Source of the DNA: Blastocladiella emersonii ATCC 22665
Taxonomy: Eukaryota > Fungi > Blastocladiomycota
Direction: 5' to 3'
DNA: 64,000 nt
NCBI GenBank assembly: GCA_025594325.1
Contig: JANHCV010000003.1
Span: 1,178,001-1,242,000, forward strand
Notes under the pieces: model-generated
What the model was told of the DNA's origin: nothing
The model's input: the letters and a program-made list of their open reading frames with translations, nothing else
The model's database searches: none
Made by a program: the position numbers and the translations under genes
Part shown: one piece after another, positions 12,345 to 24,061 of the stretch
How the letters are laid out: each line of letters opens with the position of its first letter
Position numbering within the stretch: the first letter of the stretch is position 1

Positions 12345-12967
12345 GGTGGTGTTGTAGGTGGAAGACGAGCTGCTCTCTCTCTAGGACTCGTCGTCGTCGA
12401 TGGGTTGGTTGGATGGTGATGGATGGGTGGCGGACTGCAGGAACGGGTCTAGCTGCAGGCAGAGGGGAGAGAGAGGAGGATCGAGCTCGGGTCGAGAGGG
12501 GGGAGCGGGATTTATATACAGGCGCAGGGCGGCGTTCTAGTTCTAGCGACGGCCATGCAGCGCTCCGGGGCGCCCGCGCCTTTTAAAAGCGGGCCGGCGA
12601 GGGCGGCCAGCCGCTCGCGCGTCGCAGGGACGCTCACGGTGCATGGCGCGCGCGAGCCGCAGCAGCGCCAATCACCTGACGTGCATGAACATGGGGGTCG
12701 GTGACCAAGTATGACTCAACGCGCCGGCTGCGGCGCGGCGCGGCCCTGACACGCCCTGACTGACCGCGACGCCCACGCCGCACCGGATTCGTCCCTGATG
12801 GTCGCTCATGATGGCTTCATTCACGCTGGCTGATGAGCACCACGCCGGCCGGTGAGCAAAACACCTCAGCAACCCGGTAATAAGGAAGGGAGGGAGGGAA
12901 TCTATTTGACTTGTATGATCGTGAGGGTGATGAGCGCTTTTCGCGCACTCGCGCCGCGCACGCGCAC

Positions 12968-15900
12968 TTATGCGCCGCTGCCGCCAGCGCCCACGTAGGC
13001 CGCCAGAACCGACGACGCGACAACGTGGCCGAGCTCGCGCAGGGCCGTTTCCTGCACGGCGGCGATGAGGTCGGCGAGCGCGGGTGGTGGTGGCGGTGGC
13101 GGACCTGCAGGAGCGGCATGACTCGCAGGGACAGGGACCGCTGCGCCGCCACTCGCCGTCGTGGCCACCGACTTGGTCTCGCTGGCCACCGACGTTGGTG
13201 CCGACGTCGACTCCTTGGAATCCTCGACGCGGCTGGACGACGACGGCGACGACGCGAACGAAAAGGCCGAGAAGGCGCGCTTGAACAGGCCGCCGCCGCG
13301 CCGTGGGGCCGGGGCGGGCGAAGGCGCAGCGGACACGGATGGTCGCGGTCTTGGCGTTGGCGGGGCCGGAGCAGGTGCCGCCGCCGCCGCAGCCGTGGAC
13401 GAGGCCGTGTTCACGCTCCCCCCGCTCGCTCCCCACATGCCGAACCCGCGGCCGAGGAGAGCCGAAGCGGTCGCGGTCGCGCTCGCCGATGTCGCCGCCC
13501 CCGCCGCTGCTGCTGCTGGCGTCGCACGCTTGGCAGCGGCGAGGATCGACGGCGGGACGACGAGTGGGTCGAGATCAACGAACGCCATCTCGAGCGGACC
13601 GCCGAGGTGACGGACGAGGTCGGCTGCGGTGACGACCTTGACGCCGTGGCGGTTGCTGCCGGCGAGCCCGGGGACGACCTGCATCTCGCGGATCGCGTTG
13701 AGCGGGATCGGGTTGGCGGGGCGGAGCGGTTCGCGCGCCGGGCGCACGAGGAACGAGCGCGACGTCAGGATCACCATGACGGGGTCCTCGACGTCCTTGG
13801 TAGTGGCGGAGGGCGGGAACACGGGCGTGACGGGCGACGGCAGCGAGAACGGGAGCGCCTCCTTGGCAGCCCACGCGCCGACAACGGCCTCGTCGGGGTC
13901 GAGCAGCTCGCGGGCGGCGAAGTGGACGGCGTCGGGGAGCCACGACCGGTTGCCGAGGAGCACGTCCATGATGGCCTGGTCGTACGTGTCGCGGACGTTG
14001 TTCATGTACAGTCGCTCGACCGACTTGCGGAGGTCCTGGGCCGCGCCCTGCACGTTGCGTTTCCCGGTGCGCGTGAAATCGGCTTTCAGCGCATCGGTGC
14101 CCGTGTAGCACCGCGACACGCTGTCGCCGAGACTCGCCCACGCGAGCGCGTGACGGCGCTCAAAGTCGGCGTCGAGCTCGATGCCCATGCGCTTGAGCTG
14201 CGTCTCGAGCAGGCACCGCGCCACGTACGTCTGCACGACGTTGGTGCGGTCGAGGCAGTCGAGGCAGTTGGTGCGCAGCACGCCCGTCTGGCGGAGCAGG
14301 GGGACGGGTTCGCGGCCCGCGGCCGCCGCGTCGCCCGGCCGCTCGTGCGTCCAATAGTACCCCGCGGCGTCGAGGTCGTGCGCGAGCAGCTCGATGAGCT
14401 TGGCGACGTTCTCGAACCGCAGGCCCGCGCACTCGCGGTGGAAGTCGAACTCGGTGTACTGGACGCGGTCGAGCCCGAGCCCCGCGAGCGTGTCGCGGTA
14501 CGCGTCCGACAGCGCGCCCTCGCGCCCCGCGGACTCGAGCAGGTTGACGATGCGCACGGCGCCGTACTGGGTGAGCTGGCGCGCGAAGTGCTCGCGCATC
14601 GCGGTACGCTGCGCGTCGGCCGACGGGCTGAGCACGATGTCGGGCTTCGGCGACAGGCCCGACTGCGTCCACACGAGCGGCACCGAGCCGCGGAATTGCA
14701 CGAAGGAGGAGGTTTGAATGGATTCATCGTTCTACTCGCGCACGCGCAGGCGATGGGTGAGCGTTCGCGGGTCGTACACGGGAAGCAGTTGAGCGTACCG
14801 TGGAAATGACGATTTGTTCTATCTCGACAGAGTTGGCGGCGTGGCCGGCATGGTCGAGGCCGCGGTGGAGGTAGCGGCGGCCGCCGCGGCGGCACGAGCG
14901 GCGCGCGATGAGCAGCATGCGGTGCGGCGAGGGGAGCTCGGCCGACAGGTAGCTGACGTGGCCCTGGATGATGGGCGTCACGCGCGGGCGCAACTCGGCG
15001 GGCACCTTGCGGATCAGGAAGTGGTTCCATGCGTAGTCGGTGTTGAGCTGTGCGTGCGAGTCGCGCGTCAGTTGGCCCAAGAAGCGAGTCGAGAGCGACA
15101 AGGCGTACCGTCTGCCAGTCCCACTTGCCCATGGCCGTGGCCTGGATCGGGCGCGTCAGGTCGCGGTCCGAGTGGTAAAAGTAACCGCTCGACAGCAGGG
15201 TTTCGATGTCGTGGATGGTGCGGTCGGGGTTGGAGCCGGGCTACACGGTCGCGGGTGATGTAGCAATGAGCACGGTGTGAAACCAATGCGGGACCATGAA
15301 GAAGCGTACGCTGGCCGAGCCGGGCGGAACGACGGCGCTGATGGACGACTTGAGGGTGATGCCGACGACTTTCATGCCGTAGAGCCCCGTAGCAGCGGCG
15401 CTCGAGAAGGTGGCCGCCCACGTCTTGGACGACGACGACGACGACGACGCGGTCGCGGTCGATGATGGACTCGACGACGCGGCGGCCGCCGCCGCAGCCA
15501 TGGCGCTCAGCCCATGCGCGCCCGACCCTGCATCCTCCCCATCCTCGTCGTCCTCCTCGTCGAGCTCGTACGACCCGATTCGGTGCAGGGCGACCTTGGT
15601 GATGCGAAAGATGGAGTCGCCGTAGGACACGGCCTCGTGCTCGCGCACGACGACGAGGCAGTGGACCGTGGCGGAGATCTGGATCACGCCGAGCAGGGCG
15701 AGGAACGGGACCGCCTGCGCGTCGCGCGACAGCGAAGGGTGGCCCGCGAGCCGGCACTTGCCGTCCGCGGACGCAAACGTCGCGCGGAAGTCGTCGCGGA
15801 ATTTGAGCGTGCACGACGCGGCGAGCGGGGGTGGCGGCGCGGCGGCCGGCGCGGGTTCCGCGGCGGCGCCAGGCGTGGAGGATGAGGATGATGAGGATGG

Positions 15901-16005
15901 AGCGCGGAGCGATGGTTTGATGTCGGCGTCGTCGTCGAGGTCGGGAATCTCGGTGAGGATGACCCCGCTGCGCGCGACGGCGAGGTAGGCGCCGAGGTGG
16001 GCCAT
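12968..16005 (-). CDS. SAC-domain phosphoinositide phosphatase (SAC2/INPP5F-like), multi-exon
   Basis: RRSCRRGGRRYLHRG, QFRGSVPLVWTQ, catalytic RTNCLDCLDRTNVVQ (CX5R), YTGTDALKADFTRTGKR; canonical introns; ATG 16005. Confidence 0.9.
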
Positions 16006-16405
16006 GGTAGCGGGCGGGTGATGGGGGCGGCCCTCGGTATGGTACACGGGCAGATCGCAGAGCGAGTGCGGGCAGTGCGGATTCTCTATGAGGTGTGCAT
16101 GGGTCTACGGCGGCCGGTGATGGTCGCGGCCACGGCCAAAGCCCGCGATGGGCGTGTGGCGCGCGAGGCGCTCCAGTGGCGGCGCGCCCAGCCCCACGTG
16201 GCTCGGGTTTGATTCCACTGCACACGTGCACTGTGCCGCCGCGGCGCAGCGCGTCGTCGCTCGCGCACACGGCACCGCTGGAGCCAAGCAGCCCGGGTCC
16301 ACTCGCGTCTCGCTGGAATCACCAGTGACCAGTGGAACGACTCGCCATGGCACCGCTCGCTGCTGCCCGCTCTCCTCCCGCAATGGAGCCAATGAACCAC
16401 ACACT

Positions 16406-16977
16406 ATGGACTCGCAAGACGACCTCATGATCACGGCCGCGGCCCTGCGGAGTGCGTTGTCGCTCGCACACACGCACGCGCGGCTGACACATAGCCCTGA
16501 CCCGCACACCACGCAGAGAAGAACGAGGCGCAGCTCAAGGCGTCGATCCGCGCGCGCGACCGCGACCTCGCTAAACTGTGCGAGCGCATCGACCAGTCGG
16601 CCCACAATGCGGTCCAGCAGCTCGGGCAGCGGCACGGGTATGTTCGCGCGATGCACTGCCCCATGCGGTCGGTGGTAGTCTCGGCACCTTCGGCTCGCGT
16701 TGCGCTCACCAGGTGCCTCGTTTGACACGCCAGACCGACCGACGCACGCATCGCCGACCTCGAGGCGCGCGTGGTGCAGCTCAAGGCCGAGCAGAACCGC
16801 GCCGCCGACCAGTTCGAGGTGCGTGTGCACGCGCGCGCTCGCGCCTGCGACGGCGTCACGGCTGACCCACGACCAACCAACGTGTAGGCGGCCGCGCGCC
16901 AGTGCATGGAGGAGAACACGGCCATCATCGCCGCCATGGACGCGCTCGACCGCGAGCTGCTGTCGCGCCTCGGATAA
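16406..16977 (+). CDS. Small coiled-coil protein (~110 aa, 4 exons), unknown function
   Basis: Exons join in frame through three GT-AG introns: MDSQDDLMITAAALR..KNEAQLKASIRARDRDL...ARIADLEARVVQLKAEQ...DRELLSRLG-stop. Confidence 0.6.
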
Positions 16978-17459
16978 CGCGCTGTCGCGTGTGGATGGAG
17001 AGCGAGGGCTGAACACGAACGCTGTTCTCGGACCCCCACTCGTCATTTCGCTCGTGAGTGGCGGCAGTCTCGGCCCGCCCGCCCGCCTGACCTTGTTGTT
17101 GTTGTTGGGGACGCCCAAAGCGGAAGCGAAAGCGCGGCGTCGCGTTCTCGACGCGTCGCCTCGCGCGGCACGTGGGCCGAAAGGTGGCTTGGTCCAATCG
17201 CGCGGCGCGTCGTGGTCGCCACGCGAGCGCTCCGGCAGCGACCGGATCAGGAACCCACTTCGCCCGCCTCCCTTCCTGAGAAGCCTAATCGATGGCCGTG
17301 GAAGACAACGTGCATCGCTGCGGGCGAGCGAACGAGCGAAGAACCCTCAGGGCGTCGGGCGGCGGCGAGAGTATAAAACCCGGCCGGTCCCCCGCGACCT
17401 CGTCCTCGCTCTTCACCATCGAAGCTTGATCTCTCTCTTTTGCTCGACGTATCAACACC

Positions 17460-18107
17460 ATGCTCGCTACCGGCCAGACCACTGCCCCCGCTGCCCCCGG
17501 CGCCTACGTCACCTACGAGGACGGCTACCGCCTCGAGGGCCTGACCGTCACCGTCGGTACGCGACCACCGACCACCCCGGTCGCTGCCCGACATTTTCTC
17601 ACCTCTTAAATCCCTCATCTGCCTCTAGTCGAGTCCCGCAAGGTCGCCGACAGCGACGCCATGCCGTTCAACAGCGCTGACCCCTACGTTGTGGTCACCG
17701 TGGGCTCCGTGAAGAAAACTACCAAGATTCACAAAGGCGAGGGCAACTCGGTGACGTTCAACGAGAAGTTCGAGATCGACGTGCCCGCCGGTGCCACGCA
17801 CCTGGTCGTGCAGATGTTCGACAAGGACACGTTCACGTCCGACGACCTGCTGGGCGAGGTCAAGATCGACCTCAAGGACGTGGCCCGCGCCAACGTCGAC
17901 AAGTTCTTCCCGCTGGCCGCCGGCGGCAAGTCGGCCGGCGAGCTCCGCCTCGCGGTCCACCCGCGCGGCTCCATCACGGGCAAGATCCACGACGCCCTCC
18001 ACGGCCACGGCGCCTCGAACCCCATCTCCAAGCTCAAGGAGAAGCTCCACCGCAAGAAGAAGCACGACGGCGACTCGTCGTCGTCGTCCGACTCGGACTC
18101 GGACTAA
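17460..18107 (+). CDS. Small C2-domain protein (2 exons)
   Basis: TATAAAA near 17372; ATG 17460; intron GTACGC..TAG; ADPYVVVTVG, VTFNEKFEI, LVVQMFDKDTFTSDDLLGEVKIDL; basic then acidic/Ser tail. Confidence 0.88.
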
Positions 18108-18325
18108 GGCCGTTGTTCGTCGTCGCCGATCTGTGGGCTGTCGCGGCTCAGTTGAGCATCGTCATCGTGTAAAGCTACAATGTACATTTCACCCCCTGAT
18201 CCACCTCCACTGCGACGATGATGATGAAGGAGTGCGATGTATTGCAGAGTGATAGCGCCGTGCGTGTGCGATGATGGTTGAGGGATGCGAGGGATGCGTG
18301 GGATGGATGAGGAGAGCGAGAGAGG

Positions 18326-19951
18326 TTACACGAGCGCGGCGAGGACCGAGACGACCATGGCCACGGCCACCACGACCACGGCGCCTTCACCGCGGAACGA
18401 CGGCCCCGCGCTCGACTGCAGCTGCAGCGCCGCGTCCTGGACCGCCGGGATCGCCGAGTCCGAGTAGTCGTCCTCGGGCGGCGCCGTGCAGTTGCCGTGC
18501 GCGTCGAGGAACAGCGAGTTGACCGTCGGCAGCGCCGCCGGGTCGACCTGGCCCTTGGCGATCTGCGTGTTGAGGTCCGTGATCATCGTGTTGATCTCCT
18601 TCTCGATGGCTACACGGATCAAGCGAGGGTGAGGGTGAGGGATAGGCGGGGCGGAAGGACGCGAGGGCAAGCAGCGTACCGCGCCAGTTGTCAATCGACA
18701 TGTTGGGCATGACCTTGTAAACGGCCTCGTCGGGCGCCTGGTACATGAGCGGGAAGAAGCCTGCGGGCGCCGCGGCCGCGGTCCCGTTTTTGTACGTGTA
18801 CGAGGTAGTGGTAGTGGTGGTCGTTGTCGACGTCGTAGTCCCGTTCCCCGCCGCCGAGGCCACGGTGGTCGTTGTCACGGTCTCGTTGACGCCGCGCTTC
18901 TTGAGCGACTGCTGCTGCGTCGGGACCACGTACTGGTAGCACAGGCGGGTGCGGTACCGGAGCATGTCGCGGTACGTCCACCGCTCCGGGTACACGACAA
19001 CGCGCGCGGCCGGGTCGATGCCCCGCGGGTTGCCCCACCCGCGCAGGTCGTCGACGTTCTGCGGCCGCAGCGACTGGTAGATGGCCCACAGCGCGTCAAT
19101 GTACGCGTGGTTCACCCAAAACTACGAGCACGAGGTGATCAGTACATCGCGGACCATGACCATCTCCCACAGAAAAACGTACGGCCGGATCCGACGGCGA
19201 GATACGCGTGTCACCCATATGCCCGCCGACGAGGATGTGGAACTGGTTGTGCGGCGACACCTCGACGATGCGGGCAAAGTCGCCAAAGTTGGTGAACCGC
19301 GCCATGGCGCGCGCGAGCACCTGCGACGGGGGCAGCCAGCTGAACCCTGTCGGCAGCCGCTGCGGGTCGCGCATCACCAGGTTGCCGCCGTCGTCGCGCA
19401 ACCCAGCAAACACGCCGCGCAGCGGGCCGCTCGCCATGGGCGACAGCTTGGTCGGGCCGAACACGTCCGAGTTCTGGATCCCCGAGCCCTCGCGGAGCTC
19501 GTCTACACGCCGCAAGGTGTAAGACGTTTTGCGGAAGAAGCGAGGGTCACGGCCGGCGTACCCCAGTACGGCGCGCCGGTCAGCGTCGGCGCGACCTTGA
19601 GCAGCTCGTCTTCAAAGTCGGCCATGAGCGCGCGGTGCATCGGGAAAAAGTGCGGCGTGCCGTGGTACGCCATGCCGGTACGGTGCCGGCGCGTCAGCCG
19701 GTCGAGCGCGCCGTTGCGCTTCATGCTACGCACGGGCACCATCAGCGGCAGGGTCGACGCAGACGAGTCACGGCGATCACGTACGCCCAGAACCCATCGT
19801 TGAGCGCCTTCCACTCGGCACTCGACAGCGACGACAGCGGCTTGCGCGTGCGGACCGTGCGGCACTGCGCGTCGACGTGGCCGGCGAGGGACGCGAGCAG
19901 GACGGCCGCGAGGGCGAGGCAGGCCACGGGCGAGAGACGCGTGCGGGCCAT
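18326..19951 (-). CDS. Secreted, GPI/TM-anchored tyrosinase 2; 5 exons
   Basis: Signal peptide; CuA RH...YHGTPHFFPMHRAL; PYWD; CuB PHNQFHILVGGHM..ISPSDPAFWVNHAYIDALW; canonical GTACG..AG introns; hydrophobic C-terminus. Confidence 0.9.
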
Positions 19952-20512
19952 GGTGGTGCGTGGAGTCGATGAAGAGGAGGTATGGAGTAGGGTGGGTGTA
20001 GCGAGGTATAGAGGGCGATAGTCTAGAGATGGTGTGGTTGGGATGCGGAGGAGCGATGGACGGTGCGCGGTCGGCCAGCGCTAAGAGGGACGCAATGCGC
20101 GAGAGTCCAAGTGCTTGATTCGTAACAAGAGTTCGTGTGTGTAACAAGGAGAGAGAGCGCGTTGACTCGCGCGAAGTGGCCCGCCGGCATGCCGCCGCCG
20201 CAGCGCGCCTTGTTCGGTTGACAGGCCAAGGCGCGCGTCACTCTGGGTCATGCCGACGGCCGAGTGCTCGTGTTCCTGCTCGAAAGAAACAAGCACGCGG
20301 TCCGCGGGATCGCCGGTCAGCGGACGCCGGGAGACGCGAGGCGCGACGCGTCTCCCTTCTTGCCTGCCACGCCCATCAAGGGGGTGGCTCAACGTGAAAC
20401 GTCTCGCGGCCCCAGCCACCCGCACGCGCACACACACGTTCGGGTGACGGCACAGCGCGTATGCGATCGGCCGCCGCGATTATTACCATGGCCACCAGCA
20501 ACCACGACGACC

Positions 20513-22235
20513 ATGTCCATCCTCAGCCATGATATGCAACCGCGCGATCCGTACGACGGACCCTCGGCCGCGTCCCACGGCGGTGGCGGCGCGCGGCGCC
20601 GCGTCAACGAGTCGCTCGAGAACGACCCGTTCAAGTTCCGGTACAAGCCGGCGCTGACCAAGTCGTCCGCCGACGTGTCCGTGCTTCCGGCCGCCGGGCT
20701 GCCCACGTTCCGCCAGGGCCAGCTCGCCGGCCAGAACTTTGACGGGACCGCACGGACGGCGCCGCCCTCGGCGTCCGCGCAGCCGCGGTCGGTCACAGCG
20801 GGCCGGCGGTACGAGCCGGCGGGCAGCGAGACCTTCTTTCTCGGCAACGTCAACAACATCGAGCGGCCGCGCCCGCTCGGCGCGTTCGGGTCCATGAGCG
20901 ACACGCGGCCGCGGGACCCGCGCATGCGCGAAGAGATGGGTACGCTCGCCCCCCTCACCCCACTCACTCATCCGTCAACTGACATGGACCGAGAAGCGTA
21001 GTCCAGTACGAGCGCGTGCAGCGCGAGGAGCTCGAACGGCGCCGTCTCGCGGAGCGACAGGACGCGGCCGCGATGCAGTACTTCCCGTTCGGCCAGGACC
21101 ACCGGTCGCGGCAGGGCGGCCGCATCGTACACGCCACGGACGACCGCAGCGGCGGCGGGGCCAACATGGACGGCGCCGAGCCGCGACGACAGTCCAAGTC
21201 CAAGGAGGACCTCGCGGCCGGGATCCGCGCGCAGCTCCAGGAGCGCGAGAGTCTCCGGCAGGCGGCGCGCGCCGAGGCACAGCGGCCCGTCGACGGGTTC
21301 TTCCCGACGTCGCACCGCCCGAATGCGAGGATCCAGCACTTTACCGACGCGCAGTGGGACGGGCCGCCGCCGGACCTGGTACGCTTGCTCGGCCCTTGAG
21401 CGTGGCCGTCAGACTCACCCTCGCGTTCCGATTGTAGAAGTTCGGCACCTCGGGCGGCGGCGCGCCCGTCTCCGACCCGGCGGGCTCGATCAAGACCGCG
21501 CTCCCGCTATCGCTCGAGCCGCGGCTGCCGCACGCACACGAGGACCCTGCCGCGGCGGGCCGCCAGATGCGGTACCGGGCGGCGCTCGACCAGCAGCGGC
21601 AGATGTCGGCGTCCCTGGCCGCGAATCGGACCGTGGCCGCGCAGCACCCCGCCGCGTCGCTCCCGCTCGGCGAGCACTACGTCATGGACGCGGACGCGCG
21701 GTTCCCGCTGCGCCACAGCGACGCCGTCAACCCGTATACGGAGGGGAGCATCACGTCGCAGCGCGTTCCGCGGGCGCGGCGGCCGAGCGCGGGTTTTGGG
21801 GAGTCCGACGGGGGAAGGCCGTTTGGGTTCGAGCTCAGCGTGGCACACGCTCCGCTCCCGGCACCCGCCGAGCCCGCGTGCTTCTTTCTCGGCCGGCCGA
21901 ACGAGCGGCGCCCGCGCAGGCAGTCGGTCGCGCCGCCTGTCGCGGTGCCGAACGGGCAAGGTTCGTATTCTGTGCGTGCGCGCTACGGTGTCCGATTGCT
22001 GACGACCTTTCGCTCGATAGTCTTCGTCGGCCCCGCGGCAACGGGCGGCGAGCACGGCCGCGAGCTCGCGCGCAACCCGCACCACTACTCGACGGACGTG
22101 ACGCGGCTGCAGGACGTGTACATTCGCGAGACGCAGCAGCACCCTCCGCCGCCGCCGAAACCGCAGCAACAGCAGCAGCAGCAGCAGGCACGTCAGGGTG
22201 CGGCGGCGGCGGCGAGACCGGGACCGGCGCCATGA
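20513..22235 (+). CDS. Uncharacterised coiled-coil/low-complexity protein, possibly CSPP1/CCDC66-like (4 exons)
   Basis: Exons join through canonical introns; YFPFGQ..GG and KFGTSGGGAPVSDPAGSIKT resemble the FG.GGGAP motifs of CSPP1-type centrosomal proteins (weak). Confidence 0.55.
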
Positions 22236-22276
22236 AGTGCGTGCGATGAACGGGTTTGTTTGTATTGATACACACG

Positions 22277-23753
22277 CTAGCGCGGCCGCATAGCGCTATT
22301 GAATACAGGGTACTGCCTCGATGGTGGTGGTTGCGACTGGGTCTGCGAGTAGGATGCGCCATGGCCTTGGCCGCTGGCGACCGACGAGAGAAACGACCCG
22401 CGCTGCCCGCCGCCGCCGCCCCCGCGGTACCCGGACCGCGACGACATGGACGTGGGCGGTCTTGGCGCAGTCTGTGGCGCCCACGGACCGATGCTCGCGG
22501 CCCGCTGGATCCCGCGCTGCTGCTGGGTCTGGTAGTTGATGGGCGACGCCGCCGACTGCTGCGGGGACGGCGGCCACGGCGCGGCGGGCGCGTGGTGGTA
22601 CCCGAGACTCGTGCTTGCGCCGTGTCGCGGGGCGAACCCGAGCGTCGAGCTCCGGCGCGACAGCGGGATGGTGGTGCGGAGGTGCGGGCTCGACAAGTCG
22701 GGATGGGCATGGTGGTGCATCATGGCGCCGCTCAGGCTGCTCGGCGGGCGGACACCGACGAGCGACATGGGCGAGCCCTGGCCGGGCGTTGGCGGCGGGG
22801 GCGGCGGCTGTCGCTGTTGCTGTTGCGGTGGCACCGGGAGCGAGGCGGGCGGGACCGACGAGCCGCGCGGCGGGTGGAACTGGAACTGGCGCGGTTGCGG
22901 GCGGGCCTGCGACTGTTGCTGCGCCGATGGTGGTGAGTGCTGATGTACTGCTGGCGGCGGCGGTGGTGGTACATGGTCTTGCTGCTGTTGTTGCTGCTGC
23001 CGAAGCTCCTGGACCTCCTGTCGAAGCCGCCGGATCTCCTCGACGTGTGCGGCGTCGCGACTACACAGCGAGAAGTCAGCACGCAGACGACGGCGCTCGA
23101 CAGCGGCGCAGTCGTACGCTCGCAGATCCTTGAGCGCGCGGAGCTCCTCGGTGGCGCGCTCGATGGCCTGGCGCTGCTGCGTCACCTTGCCCTTGAGGAA
23201 GCGGATCAGGTCGCCGGCGTTGCGCAGCCGAAAGTCGATGCCGCTCTGCAGCGCGGCCATCAGCTGGCCCACGACGCCAAAGTATGGCTCGAGATCGGGC
23301 GGACACTAGGGCACGCGCGCGCGTGGCGGTGAGCGGGGATCGGACGCGTCACGGTGAGCGAAGGACGTACGATGCCGTTGGCCCCGGTGACGGGCCGGAA
23401 CTCGGTCTGCGCCGCGCACACGGGACACTCGATGAGCTGCGCCGAGACGCGCGTCGCGGACGCCGCGCACCCGCGGCACAGGACGTGGCCGCACTCGGTG
23501 GCGTTGAAGAGCGAGGTATTCGGGGACGGCGCAGACGCCGACGACGAGGCGCTGGCCGAACCGGCCTGCTCTTGAGCGAGCAGCGTCCTCGCGTCGTTGT
23601 AGCAGCTGGGAGACAGGGCGGCCGCGGGTCAGTGACTGCCGCGGCGGATACCGCGAGAAGAAGAAGGTGTGCGGACCGGTTGCAGTGCAGCCATTCATCA
23701 TCGGGGCCTCGCTCGTGGCCGGACGCGGCCGAGGTGGCGGCGGTTGGATTCAT
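22277..23753 (-). CDS. RNF212: RNF212/Zip3-family RING E3 ligase (meiotic crossover factor), 4 exons
   Basis: Spliced N-terminus WLHCNRC...TECGHVLCRGC...CPVC, then YF motif, coiled coil and Q/P/S-rich tail, typical of RNF212/Zip3. Confidence 0.72.
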
Positions 23754-24061
23754 GGCAGTGCGAGCTCGGCAGCGGTGTGCCTGCGTCGGATTCGTTGCAT
23801 TGCATGAGCTTCGTGTACATCGGGAGAGAAGACGGCGTGGACCGTCGCAGCCGCCGTGTCTCGGCCTAGTCTGTGGCCGCGACCACGGACGCGTTGCGCC
23901 TGGCCAAGCCGCCCATGTGATGCGAACAAGGGCCGCGCGATGACTCCCTGAACGTCTCGCGCCCGCCGGCTCGCCCCTCTCGAGCGCGCGAGCTGCCCAG
24001 CGACCGCGGCCGCGTCTGCCGTGACGGATCGAAGACGTGTCCGCCAGCATCACCCCCTGCA

